A stretch of 64,000 nucleotides of DNA, taken from positions 36,534 to 100,533 of the forward strand of contig CAYRQP010000007.1 in assembly GCA_964426545.1 (NCBI GenBank). Reading direction: 5' to 3'. Shown here piece after piece: positions 1-9,823 of this stretch (positions within the stretch are counted from its first letter, which is position 1; each line of letters begins with the position of its first letter). The stretch comes from an uncultured bacterium. GTDB taxonomy: Bacteria > Fermentibacterota > Fermentibacteria > Fermentibacterales > JCC-6. Below the pieces are notes generated by a model. That model was given only the letters and a program-made list of their open reading frames with translations. It did no database searches and had not been told where the DNA came from. Made by a program: the position numbers and the translations under genes.

Positions 1-1237
1 CAAGAGCGAGTCCTGCTCCGGAAAGTCCCATGACGGGCATCAGAAGAATAAGCAGAGCAAAGGTCAGAACAAGTCCAAGTGCAGTGCAGATCGGGAACCA
101 GTAGGTTTTGCGTTTTAGCATAAGACCAATACTTGCATATCCCTGCAATCCAAAGACAATGATAGTCAGGCACATCCACGGGATAACAGGAATAGCGGAC
201 ATATAGGAAGGCTTGGCTATTATTGAAAGAACATCCCCGGAAAGAGCGACAATTCCGGAAGCAATGAAGCCGGAAAGCAGTAAATAGTATGTAATCAACT
301 TACTGTAGAATTCTCGGGCATTCGGATCCTTTTCTGCTTCGAACACTACGGCCGGCCTGATCTGTTTCATTGGCATTATGACTAGAGTCTGAATGACACG
401 GGCAAACCGGTCTGCAAGAGCGAAAATGCCCACAGCCGCCGGACCTGCAATTAACTTGATGATAATGCGAATTCCGGATCTTTCGATTAGAGTCAGTATA
501 TTCAGCGGTATGAACGGCAATCCGTATGAAATGATTTTTCTTACTTCGTTCAAATTAAAAACGGGTCGAAGCTCTTTTCTTATCATATGCAGGATTATGA
601 GAGATGTTAGCAACTTACCTGCCAGGCTTCCGTAGATTACTCCTGCAAAGCCTATGCGGCGGAAGGCAACAAGATAGATTGTAACTCCGAGAGTTACCAA
701 CAAACCAACTATATTTGTTATAGCAAATTTCCTTGAAAGCTGTTTTGCCCTAAAGACAGCCATTCCGACTGTTGTAACACTTTGAAGCGCCCCGGTGTAA
801 AGAACAAGACTGATAAGGAAGCCATTTTTAGCAGAACCGGTAAGCAGATCGGCCAGAATACCCGAAACCAGGTGGCCGGCAAGAAAAAGAGAGAAAGAGA
901 TAGATAGCGCAAGGTATAAGGCAGTGCTGACGACCATGGACCTGTCATCCTCATTGTCATAGTCATAATATGACCTGAAGAGCGAAGGTCCTATCATGGA
1001 TGAAGTAAGCATCGATATAGCAGGCTTTACGATGAGAACTAGGTTTAGTATCCCGTAATCGGCAACTGTAAGAAACCGTGTGTAGACAGGAAGCAGGAGG
1101 ATGCTAGCGCTTTGCTGCAGGACACCGCCTGCACCGAAAATTGCAGTGTGTTTTGCAGTGTTCTTGATTCTGCTGCCAAGACCCGGAAACTCTGTGTCTT
1201 CTGAAGGGTGTGTGGTTTTCCCGGAGTCTTTGGTCAT
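1..1237 (-). CDS. Wzx-like polysaccharide flippase (MOP superfamily membrane protein); partial, C-terminal portion lies beyond the window start
   Basis: Minus-strand frame is open from ATG at 1237-1235 to the window edge. It is not in the ORF track, presumably because it is truncated. N-terminus reads MTKDSGKTTHPSEDTEFPGLGSRIKNTAKHTAIFGAGGVLQQSASILLLPVYT. I translated hydrophobic helical stretches by hand at 118-2 (LKRKTYWFPICTALGLVLTFALLILLMPVMGLSGAGLAL) and 778-710 with no stops. Position at the head of a glycan locus supports the call. Confidence 0.55.
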   Translation of the reverse strand, partial: MTKDSGKTTHPSEDTEFPGLGSRIKNTAKHTAIFGAGGVLQQSASILLLPVYTRFLTVADYGILNLVLIVKPAISMLTSSMIGPSLFRSYYDYDNEDDRSMVVSTALYLALSISFSLFLAGHLVSGILADLLTGSAKNGFLISLVLYTGALQSVTTVGMAVFRAKQLSRKFAITNIVGLLVTLGVTIYLVAFRRIGFAGVIYGSLAGKLLTSLIILHMIRKELRPVFNLNEVRKIISYGLPFIPLNILTLIERSGIRIIIKLIAGPAAVGIFALADRFARVIQTLVIMPMKQIRPAVVFEAEKDPNAREFYSKLITYYLLLSGFIASGIVALSGDVLSIIAKPSYMSAIPVIPWMCLTIIVFGLQGYASIGLMLKRKTYWFPICTALGLVLTFALLILLMPVMGLSGAGLAL

Positions 1238-1451
1238 TTTATCCTTAACATCATGTAAGGCCGTATTCGGACTTTCCTGCAGGAGTAAATATACAACTTT
1301 CAGTCCGGCAGTTGTGTTCCTTCATGCGTGGGAATATGGTACGAAGCCCTGTATGATCAAAGTACAATACTTCTGTCAGAATGATGTTATATTTGTCTGT
1401 ATGTGTTTCAATGGAAACAGTATGAGCAAGTACATCAGACTGTGAAAATAT

Positions 1452-2177
1452 GTGGGTTACCATAATTCAAGGCAGGAAAAATTGAAGAGCTTCATAAAAA
1501 ATATTCCGTTGATTGGTTCGATTGTTACCCGACTGCGACGAATAACGAAGAAGAAATCGGTTCCAATAGACTTCTCCAATTCAGGTGAATACTGGGAGAA
1601 ACGGTATTCATCCGGAGACAATTCCGGAGCGGGGTCTTATTCGAAACTTGCCGAATTCAAGGCAGAAGTAGTTAATGAATTTGTATCAGAAAATAATGTC
1701 CTATCCGTGATTGACTTCGGCTGCGGAGACGGAAACCAGCTGATTTTATCCGAATATCCGAAATACGTAGGATTCGATGTAAGCGAAACAGCAGTTGTGC
1801 TATGCAGAAAGAAATTCAGATCAGACAATACAAAGCAGTTCAGAATGCTGAGCGAATATTCCGGGGAAACTGCAGAATTGACCCTGTCGATGGATATTAT
1901 ATTCCATCTCGTGGAAGATCCGGTATTCGAAGCACACATGACAATGCTGTTCGAAGCATCAACCCGATATGTCATCATTTACTCGAGCAACCGCAAATAT
2001 GATTCCATATCGGAAGGAGATCATGTCAGGCATAGAAAATTCACGGAATGGATTGACCGTAATGCTGAAAATTGGAAACTTCTGCAGCACATTCCCAACA
2101 GGTTTCCATATGAAGGTGATGACAGAAGCGGTTCATATTCCGATATTTTTGTCTATGAAAAATCCGCTGGGGAATAA
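1452..2177 (+). CDS. class I SAM-dependent methyltransferase
   Basis: Motif I VIDFGCGDGNQL follows EYWEKRY. GTG start in the track; the true start may be further downstream. Confidence 0.65.
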   Translation: MGYHNSRQEKLKSFIKNIPLIGSIVTRLRRITKKKSVPIDFSNSGEYWEKRYSSGDNSGAGSYSKLAEFKAEVVNEFVSENNVLSVIDFGCGDGNQLILSEYPKYVGFDVSETAVVLCRKKFRSDNTKQFRMLSEYSGETAELTLSMDIIFHLVEDPVFEAHMTMLFEASTRYVIIYSSNRKYDSISEGDHVRHRKFTEWIDRNAENWKLLQHIPNRFPYEGDDRSGSYSDIFVYEKSAGE

Positions 2178-2234
2178 CGGTAATTTTGCAGACCAATAAA
2201 TCAGTATGAACCGTAGACATAGTTTGGAGTTTTA

Positions 2235-3257
2235 GTGTCCACCGGAAAAGAGGACCCACCCAAATGGAAAAACAACGCCTGCTCACCGGTTCTGTTCTTT
2301 GTGGACGACTTGTCAAACAGATGGGTCGATGATAACAGAGACGGAATCATTCGGTCGGAGGGGGACTATGGTTTTCTGGGGAATGAACAGGATGGAGCAA
2401 TATCCTATCTGGAGAGGGAGATACTGTCTGAAAATCCTGCCGTAAAGGTTACATTCTTTGCTGTTGTGGATTCGATGTCCCCGCCTAATGAAACTGCCAG
2501 GGAGATATGTCATTCGTATCCAATGAACGAGAATGAGGAAAAAAGAGAATTCTTCCGGAACCTGCAAAGCAAACCCGAATATGAACTTGCATATCATGGA
2601 CTCAATCACGGTATGCCCGGCGAGACTACAGATGAATTTACTCACGAATGGGAAACTTTTCAATCAGCAGAAGAAGCAGTCGATAATATCGAGAAAGGAA
2701 TAAATATCTTCAAAGATACAGTTGGTACTGCTCCTTCCGGTGGAAAATACTGCGGCTATCGTTCGAATGATCTTTCGGATGAAAGTGTTGATGCGACAGG
2801 ATTCGACTGGTGGTGCAGGTTTTATAACAATGCTGCAGTCAATGGGTTTGCTGATGTCAATTACAGCGGAGAGGACAGCAATCCGACGACAGCATTCGAT
2901 ATTAAACATTTCGGGTTGAATGGTGTGATTGATATCCCTACTACGGTATCAGGCAGATTACTCTGCAATGTGCTGAAAAGACAGAATGGAATCAGGGGTT
3001 TCCTGAAGAGGTACTTTAAACCGCTTCTTCTATGGTGGAAACTTCGGGAGATAAGGTATCTGCTGAAACATAACCTGGTTATATCCATACAAGAACACAT
3101 AAGTCCGGTCAGGGGCGACGGGAAACGGCAGAGAATGAATATCCGTGATGACAGAGACAGCCTTCGAACTATTCTGAAATATTTGAAGAGAAAGAATGTC
3201 TGGTACTGCACAGGCTCTGAACTTGCCGAGTGGATAAACAAGAAGAGTAAACTATGA
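2235..3257 (+). CDS. polysaccharide deacetylase-like (CE4/DUF2334-like) protein
   Basis: LFFVDD...AYHGLNHG resembles the NodB/deacetylase-like metal-binding region. GTG start. Translationally coupled (ATGA overlap at 3254-3257) to the next gene. Confidence 0.45.
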   Translation: MSTGKEDPPKWKNNACSPVLFFVDDLSNRWVDDNRDGIIRSEGDYGFLGNEQDGAISYLEREILSENPAVKVTFFAVVDSMSPPNETAREICHSYPMNENEEKREFFRNLQSKPEYELAYHGLNHGMPGETTDEFTHEWETFQSAEEAVDNIEKGINIFKDTVGTAPSGGKYCGYRSNDLSDESVDATGFDWWCRFYNNAAVNGFADVNYSGEDSNPTTAFDIKHFGLNGVIDIPTTVSGRLLCNVLKRQNGIRGFLKRYFKPLLLWWKLREIRYLLKHNLVISIQEHISPVRGDGKRQRMNIRDDRDSLRTILKYLKRKNVWYCTGSELAEWINKKSKL

Positions 3258-4405
3258 GAGTAAGAGTCATCACATCACCTGAAGAATTCGACAGTGTGAA
3301 AAGCGAATGGATGCAATTCAAAAAAGAGACCGAAGATACAAATATCACATCTTCCTATATTTGGCAACGCACATGGTGGAAACATTTTAGCAGGCAGGAA
3401 ACACATAAGTTGGGATATGACAAGAAGTTGCGGATACTATTTATCTATGATGATACAGATTTTCTGCTTGCGATAATGCCGTTGTGCAGGGTCAGAAGAA
3501 GAATCAACAGACTGTTTCGATATACGGCAATCGAGTTCATTTCACAGCAGTGGGCAGGTAATTACATTGACTGCATATCAGCCGGGCTTACTCGCGAACA
3601 GGCGAAATGGCTGAGGAACTGGATGGAAGAACATCTGAATTATGACATACTCAATTTTCGCTACATCCCCGAAGACTCAAATTATTTTACTCCCGAGGGT
3701 GAAAAATACACTCAATATTCGGCATGCATGGAAATCGAAGGAACTGATTATGAAGGTGTTCGAAAGAAGTACTTTTCCAGAAACCTGAAACACAAACTGA
3801 ACAGAATTCACAATAAGATAGAGAGAAACAGCCTGAATATCGAATACAAAAGCAGAAGAGGAAGAGCCATACTCGAATATTTTGGAGAGATAGGAGAAGT
3901 TTCCATATCCAAGGAATATTCTGACAAGCAGTCCGTGTACCGGTCGAAGACAAAGACTGACTTCATTATGGATCTTATCTCGAACTTTGGAGAGAATTCC
4001 AAGTGCCTTTTCATGTACTTCGAAGGTGTTCTCTGTGCATATAACCTTGGGTTCTATCATGCCGGTAAGTACACCGCCATTGATGCCGCCTATAACCGGA
4101 ATATCCCGGAATTGAAGCAGTATTCTATCGGAAATCTGATTTATGACAAACTAATCGAGGATACAATTACATCCAAAACTCCGGAATTCAGTTTTGGAAC
4201 AGGTATCGATTCTTATAAACTGAGATTTACGAAACAGACCTGCCGGCTGTATTATCTCCTCGAGAAAAGAAACACTGTTAAGGGTAGGATTGCATTTGCA
4301 CGGCTCGATAGAGACCGGAGAATCGGAGAAAATGCCCTGCTTGAAGAACTGCATGAGAAACTTCCGGACCAGCACAGAGGTGCTAACAGCCGGAAAGGCA
4401 AATGA
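3254..4405 (+). CDS. FemAB/CelD-like GNAT acyltransferase (Acetyltransf_6-like)
   Basis: About 380 aa with the architecture typical of the BioF2-like/FemAB-like acetyltransferase family. It sits inside a glycan locus. Confidence 0.5.
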   Translation: MRVRVITSPEEFDSVKSEWMQFKKETEDTNITSSYIWQRTWWKHFSRQETHKLGYDKKLRILFIYDDTDFLLAIMPLCRVRRRINRLFRYTAIEFISQQWAGNYIDCISAGLTREQAKWLRNWMEEHLNYDILNFRYIPEDSNYFTPEGEKYTQYSACMEIEGTDYEGVRKKYFSRNLKHKLNRIHNKIERNSLNIEYKSRRGRAILEYFGEIGEVSISKEYSDKQSVYRSKTKTDFIMDLISNFGENSKCLFMYFEGVLCAYNLGFYHAGKYTAIDAAYNRNIPELKQYSIGNLIYDKLIEDTITSKTPEFSFGTGIDSYKLRFTKQTCRLYYLLEKRNTVKGRIAFARLDRDRRIGENALLEELHEKLPDQHRGANSRKGK

Positions 4406-4444
4406 TATGACCGCCCTTTTTATTATTCAGGAAACGATTCCCGA

Positions 4445-5539
4445 ATGAGATCAATGCCACAGCAAAATCCGCGTAAAGTCCTTCTTATTGGAACCGGCCC
4501 CCCGCCTCCGGGGGGAGTGACTGTTTATGTAAAGAGAATAACTGACAAACTCAGCAGTGAACCTTATTTCGATTTCATCGATACAAAATCAGCAGGGCGA
4601 CAACTAAAGGTGTTTTCATTGATTGCGTATGTAAGAAAGAATAATATAAAGGCTCTTCATCTGAACGGGATGATTAAGGGGAACGCTGCTTTCCGCTACC
4701 TCATGATAATGGCACTTTCCGGAGTCAGCATCATCATCACCTATCACAATGACAGGTTCGGGGAGATCTACAATAGAATGAACAGGTATGACCGGTTTTT
4801 CACACGGGCACTATACAGGAGAATTGACACTTTGATCTCCGCAAAGGAAGACGCTGAATACGTGTTTGTCGATAAAAGGAAGATAGCAAATGCAACTCCA
4901 TACATAGAACCGTCTGATGAAGAGATTAATGCAGAACTGCCTGAAATAGCATACGAAGCCAGAAAACAGCATAGAATACTGATTACGGCAAATGCTTCAA
5001 AGGTAGCTTTTCATAAAGGCACTGACCTTTACGGCATCGATATTTCAATAGAACTGACTAAGAGGCTGCTCGAAGCCGGTTATGAGAATATCGGATTTCT
5101 GTATGTAATCGGCCGCAGCAACGACGATGAGTACATTGCTGAAATGAGAGAACTGATAAGACAATATCAGATGGAAAAGAACTTCTGCATTCTCACAGAA
5201 GCGGTTCATTATGCAGGAATACTGAATCTGAGTGACATATTCATTCGGCCGACAAACACGGATTCTTTTGGCATTTCCGTTCAGGAAGCACTGTTTCTTG
5301 GCAAACCCGCGATTGTAAGTGATGTATGCTGCCGCTCGGAAGGGAGTACCCTGTTCGAGAACAGGAACATCGAAGACCTCTTTCAAAAAGTGAAATATAC
5401 AATAGACAATATCGATGGGGAAAGAGACAGGGTGTCCAAAGTGGTCTCTCGCGGGTGCATAGAAGATCTGTTGGATATATATGAAGCGACAGCGGGAATC
5501 TGTTTGCCTAATATCCGGAAAGATAATAGGGAAAAATAG
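4445..5539 (+). CDS. glycosyltransferase, GT-B fold (GT4-like)
   Basis: Gly/Pro-rich N-terminal GTGPPPPGG and a C-terminal GT-B region EALFLGKPAIVSDV. Confidence 0.55.
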   Translation: MRSMPQQNPRKVLLIGTGPPPPGGVTVYVKRITDKLSSEPYFDFIDTKSAGRQLKVFSLIAYVRKNNIKALHLNGMIKGNAAFRYLMIMALSGVSIIITYHNDRFGEIYNRMNRYDRFFTRALYRRIDTLISAKEDAEYVFVDKRKIANATPYIEPSDEEINAELPEIAYEARKQHRILITANASKVAFHKGTDLYGIDISIELTKRLLEAGYENIGFLYVIGRSNDDEYIAEMRELIRQYQMEKNFCILTEAVHYAGILNLSDIFIRPTNTDSFGISVQEALFLGKPAIVSDVCCRSEGSTLFENRNIEDLFQKVKYTIDNIDGERDRVSKVVSRGCIEDLLDIYEATAGICLPNIRKDNREK

Positions 5540-5540
5540 G

Positions 5541-6191
5541 ATGGGAAGAATAATCAACACTCTTTCGGAGGGGGGGATCCGCGGATTATTCCGAAAGGTC
5601 AGAGATTCGGTCTCCCTGCATGGAGTTATCTATGAATACAGGCTCGATGAGATGGAATCCGAGAAAGATACGGGAGTGCTTCCGGATGGATATACATTCA
5701 AACCGGCCGGAGAGGTGTCTCTGGAAGTCCTGAAGACTTTTTCGACATGTAACAGGGAACCTGGTCAGTTTGAACGCTCTATTCTCACAAATCTGAGTAC
5801 TCCCGACAGGGCAAAGGGGCTGTGTATTATGTTCGAAAACAGGGGAATTGTATCTCTTGGATGGGTATATTTCTTTCCGCCCGGTTCAAGCCGGGGAGAA
5901 AAGTATCCTTCGGGGCAAGATGTGTTTTATCCGATGGATGGATTTGTGGTGAAGGAACATAGAGGGAAAGGTCTGCATAGACAGTGTGTCAGGGAGAGAG
6001 TTCGTATTGCAGGACAAAATGGGAAAAAGACCGGATACAGTATTGTATATATTGACAATGTCCCTGCCCTTAAGGATAATGATAAACTCGGCAGGAGAAT
6101 AGGAAAAGTGTATAGAATAAAGTCAGCGGGGAAAACAGTTAACTTATATATTCCATCCAGATGGTATCTGTATTTCAGGAAACACATATAA
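5541..6191 (+). CDS. GNAT family N-acetyltransferase
   Basis: GNAT motif A-like GFVVKEHRGKGLHRQCVRERV. I chose the ATG at 5541, immediately after the upstream stop, rather than the overlapping track start at 5481. Confidence 0.5.
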   Translation: MGRIINTLSEGGIRGLFRKVRDSVSLHGVIYEYRLDEMESEKDTGVLPDGYTFKPAGEVSLEVLKTFSTCNREPGQFERSILTNLSTPDRAKGLCIMFENRGIVSLGWVYFFPPGSSRGEKYPSGQDVFYPMDGFVVKEHRGKGLHRQCVRERVRIAGQNGKKTGYSIVYIDNVPALKDNDKLGRRIGKVYRIKSAGKTVNLYIPSRWYLYFRKHI

Positions 6192-6206
6192 ATGAGGAGT
6201 GAGTAG

Positions 6207-7199
6207 ATGGAGCAGAAATGCCCGAAAATAGTCAGAATTACTGAATTGCTTCTGCGGGACGGTATCCAAAATGAAAAAAGGACGATATCTACAGATGCAA
6301 AACTGTTTTTTGCAAAGCAGTTTGCGAAAATCGGATTCGAAGAGATAGAGATAGGGTCATTTGCCCATCCCTATTACCTTCCACAATACAGGGACATAGA
6401 AGAATTGCTGAAGAGATTCAGCGAACTCGATTTGGAAAGAAAACCGAAGATTAAAGCTTTGACAACATCACTCAGGGCGGTCGAAAGGGCTGCAAAAACC
6501 AAAGAAAAAGGCTATCCGCCTGACAAGATTGCCTACATAATATCCTCAAGCGAAGATCATAACAGGGTCAATATCAGAAAAGACTGGGAATCCACTTTCG
6601 ATGAATTAGGAGAAATGATAAGAATATCCCGGGATTTTGAACTAGAAATAATAGTCGAATTGTGCACTGTATTCGGTTGTCCTGTGACAAAGAAGAAAGT
6701 TTCATTCGAAAATAGTTTCAATCTGATTGAAAGACTTCTGGATATGGGAATAACGGAAGTAATTCCCTGTGATACAACCGGCGAGGCCACACCGGAGATA
6801 GTGTACAATTACTATTCAGAATTGCGCAGGCGATTTCCCGTACAGAATGTTCATCATGCGCATTTTCACAATAACAGAGGCGTTGCGGCAGCAAATTTCT
6901 ATGCCGCGCTGCAGGCGGGTGTGGATCACATTGAAACAAGTCTTGGGGGCATTGGCGGGCAACCTGCGTTCATAGTTGATGGAATCCCGGGACTTGGTAC
7001 GGGTAAACGATATACATCGAGTGACTTCAACGGCAACACATCAACAGAAGACATGGTCGTGATGCTCGACGGAATGCAGATAGAAACAGGACTTGATATC
7101 GATTCTCTGCTCGAAACGGGAAATGTTCTTGAAGATGTACTCGACAGACAGCTGTACTCCTATTCGATCAAGACAGGGAGGTACTACCCTTCCGAATAA
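6207..7199 (+). CDS. DRE-TIM metallolyase superfamily protein (HMG-CoA lyase-like / pyruvate carboxyltransferase domain)
   Basis: N-terminal LLRDGIQ motif and metal-binding HAHFHNNRGVAAAN. At 330 aa there is no C-terminal regulatory domain. Confidence 0.6.
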   Translation: MEQKCPKIVRITELLLRDGIQNEKRTISTDAKLFFAKQFAKIGFEEIEIGSFAHPYYLPQYRDIEELLKRFSELDLERKPKIKALTTSLRAVERAAKTKEKGYPPDKIAYIISSSEDHNRVNIRKDWESTFDELGEMIRISRDFELEIIVELCTVFGCPVTKKKVSFENSFNLIERLLDMGITEVIPCDTTGEATPEIVYNYYSELRRRFPVQNVHHAHFHNNRGVAAANFYAALQAGVDHIETSLGGIGGQPAFIVDGIPGLGTGKRYTSSDFNGNTSTEDMVVMLDGMQIETGLDIDSLLETGNVLEDVLDRQLYSYSIKTGRYYPSE

Positions 7200-7204
7200 T
7201 AATA

Positions 7205-8431
7205 TTACTCCACAGTTATACTATTTAGAAGATTAAGGTACTTCAGAGCAAGGTTACTCCAACAGTAATCCTCCGCATTAAAAACGGAATCAACGATATT
7301 TCCGGAAAGCAATCGGAAAAGAGATTTCTCTATTTCATCCGGTTCATCGGCCGGAATACATTTCCCGCAGCCGGTTTCCTCTACGATATCATAAACTGCA
7401 GATTCCCGGGGGGATACTGCCAGTATGGGAACGCCGGACTGCAGATAATCGAAAAATTTGTATGGAATTGCATATGAATGCTGCTGTACAGAAGAGAGAT
7501 ACAGGACATCTGCACTTCCTATTTCCTGCTTTGCTCTGTCATAATCGAGCCATCCTAATTCGACAAGTTCTACATCCGGAGCAAGTTCAGTGAATTGCAT
7601 ATGTTCCGAACTCAGAAGATTCGGTCCAAGTACTTTCATAATCAGGGGCTTGTGCTGAACGGAATATTTCTGAAGTGCGGAAGCAATTGGATTAATAGAC
7701 CGGCCTCTATAAAATGAGCCGGCATAGAGTATTGTCTTAGTGTTGGCCAAAGGTGGTTTTGGTGCAGAGTGTTCAGGTAAGCCGGTAATACCGTTCGTAA
7801 TAGTACGCAAAGCTGAATGCGGTATGAAGTACCCGAATAAGTCCTGAAAAGAAATTTTCATGCGATCCGAACAAAAAACAGCTGCCGATGCCGTGCGAAG
7901 AATAAGTCTTTCCATCATTCCGGCCCCCGCCCTACCGGTCATAAGGGGGTAGGAAGTTCCCGTATTATTAGACCATGGGTCCCTGTAATCGAGAACAAGG
8001 GGCAGTCCGGTTATTTTTGCTGTAATTGCTGCCGAAACAAACCCGGAAAAGGGAGGACCTGATGCTATGATAACCTGAACGTCCCCTGAGTCTATAATTT
8101 CTATAGCTTTTATGAGAGAAGGAATTATCCAGCCTTCCCTGGAATCTATCATTCTAAAAAATCTGTACCAGATTCCACCCGGAATGTTAAACATGCGTGT
8201 ATTCCATCTTTTGGTAAGACTGTGCATCATGAAAGAAACTCTACTGACATTACCCGGAGCTTTAATTGAAAAATCCGGATTAGTGATATACCTATTTTTA
8301 GGTGTAATTATGTGGACTGTGTGACCTCTGCTCAAGAACTCCCGGGTAAGAAACATCCACCGTTTTGCCCCGACTGCACCCGTTGGTGGATAATGATAAC
8401 TGAAAAGCAGAATTTTCAAATGACATCCCAA
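7205..8431 (-). CDS. glycosyltransferase family 4
   Basis: N-terminal KILLFSYHYPPTGAVGAKR, a GT-B C-terminal domain and an EX7E-like region. Confidence 0.65.
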   Translation of the reverse strand: MGCHLKILLFSYHYPPTGAVGAKRWMFLTREFLSRGHTVHIITPKNRYITNPDFSIKAPGNVSRVSFMMHSLTKRWNTRMFNIPGGIWYRFFRMIDSREGWIIPSLIKAIEIIDSGDVQVIIASGPPFSGFVSAAITAKITGLPLVLDYRDPWSNNTGTSYPLMTGRAGAGMMERLILRTASAAVFCSDRMKISFQDLFGYFIPHSALRTITNGITGLPEHSAPKPPLANTKTILYAGSFYRGRSINPIASALQKYSVQHKPLIMKVLGPNLLSSEHMQFTELAPDVELVELGWLDYDRAKQEIGSADVLYLSSVQQHSYAIPYKFFDYLQSGVPILAVSPRESAVYDIVEETGCGKCIPADEPDEIEKSLFRLLSGNIVDSVFNAEDYCWSNLALKYLNLLNSITVE

Positions 8432-8465
8432 TCGCTAGTGTATCTGCACAAAAATACCTGCGAGA

Positions 8466-9581
8466 TTATAAGTCAGCGGAGTATATTCCGACAAGTTTAC
8501 CTATATACTCAGCAGGAGAGGTAAGCTCTCTCACGAATTCTTGTGCATTGTTTCCAACTTTCTTCCGAATCTCCGGAGAATTTGCTACCATCAACAAACG
8601 CCTGCCGTCATCAGTGCAATCCGTCATATCGAGGAAAAATCCCGTATATCCTTCTTTTATCAGTTCCGGAATTCCACCCGTCTTCGTACAGACAGGAACG
8701 ACTCCATGATGCATGGCTTCAGCAAGTGCAACCGGAAAACCCTCTACTTCCGATGTCATAACAAAGATATCAGAAACCTTGTAGTAGTCATCGAGTTCGA
8801 TCCTTGCCAGTTCGAAGTTTACGCATTTTTCTATTTCAAGGTGCTTTGCCAGTATAATGGAATCAGATAATTCGGGCCCGTCCCCCACAACTATCAGGTG
8901 AGAAGGCGGAGTCTCAGGGAGATTCACATAAGTTCCGAATGCTTTGAGCAGCCGTGTTATGTTCTTTACTTTGCGCAGTGCCCCGACAAAGAGAAATACA
9001 ACTGCCTCGGCAGGTATGCCAAGGGTTGCCCTGATCTTCTTTCTTTCCTCACTTCCTGTAAAATCAACTGACGGGACGGGGTTGAAGAGAACCTCCGATT
9101 GCCTGTTGCTGCAAATATTCCCATTCAGAAAGAGATCTTCGATATAACTGCAGACCATGATTCTGCGGTTAATGAAGCCCGAAAGAAACCTGTCGATAGT
9201 CTGCCGGACAGGAGTCGTCCAGGGAGAACCACTATGTTCAGTCGATATGATAAGGGGGACTCCGCAAATAACTCCGCAGATTGTACCTATCTGTTTTGGT
9301 AGCCAGAGATGAAGATGAAGAACATCCGGATTTATTTTGATAATAAGAGTACACAAACGGATAATTGTCCTGAGGTAATAACGCCTTCTGTGTGCAATCG
9401 GGGTGCAGATAGTCACACCTTCATGGATACGCGGCAGCATAGCCGTTCCCTCTTCCAGAGGGACAACACAGGTCTTCCAGTCCGGCAGTTTCTGCATTTC
9501 ATTGCATATATTGGCAATTACTGCCTGGGCTCCCCCAATCCCGAGATTGCTTATGACATGCAGAACCGTTTTCTTTTTCAT
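8466..9581 (-). CDS. glycosyltransferase family 4
   Basis: MKKKTVLHVISNLGIGGAQ N-terminus and C-terminal EGFPVALAEAMHHGVPVV. The track ORF extends to 9623; I prefer the internal ATG at 9581. Confidence 0.65.
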   Translation of the reverse strand: MKKKTVLHVISNLGIGGAQAVIANICNEMQKLPDWKTCVVPLEEGTAMLPRIHEGVTICTPIAHRRRYYLRTIIRLCTLIIKINPDVLHLHLWLPKQIGTICGVICGVPLIISTEHSGSPWTTPVRQTIDRFLSGFINRRIMVCSYIEDLFLNGNICSNRQSEVLFNPVPSVDFTGSEERKKIRATLGIPAEAVVFLFVGALRKVKNITRLLKAFGTYVNLPETPPSHLIVVGDGPELSDSIILAKHLEIEKCVNFELARIELDDYYKVSDIFVMTSEVEGFPVALAEAMHHGVVPVCTKTGGIPELIKEGYTGFFLDMTDCTDDGRRLLMVANSPEIRKKVGNNAQEFVRELTSPAEYIGKLVGIYSADL

Positions 9582-9823
9582 TGCCAATTGCGAATTATCC
9601 TTTGCTGCAGAGAAAAAATGCATATTGCCGAAAGTGCGGCAATTCTGTTTGATACAGGTACATTACTATATATAGCAGAAATCCGCCACTCCGCTGCAAA
9701 GAGAGATTTGCTATATTTGCAGGGTGACAGTTTTCGTTACAGTGCTGTTCTTCAAAAGTTAAACTACTGTTATATAGATAATTCGACAAAGGCTTTGTAA
9801 TGATAATGAAAGGACAAAGACAG

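Noticed and set aside
1101-1445. 114-aa plus-strand ORF in the track
   Set aside because: It lies antisense and fully inside the Wzx-like flippase coding region, which has a convincing membrane-protein translation on the minus strand. It is Cys/Pro-rich low-complexity with no motif.
5481-5540. Track start of the GNAT ORF at 5481 overlapping the upstream glycosyltransferase by 59 nt
   Set aside because: An in-frame ATG at 5541 sits directly after the upstream stop, and the GNAT fold needs no N-terminal extension. I kept the shorter model.
8112-8524. Two 70-aa plus-strand ORFs at the GT4/GT4 junction
   Set aside because: They overlap minus-strand glycosyltransferase genes, and the minus-strand genes are contiguous (8431/8466).
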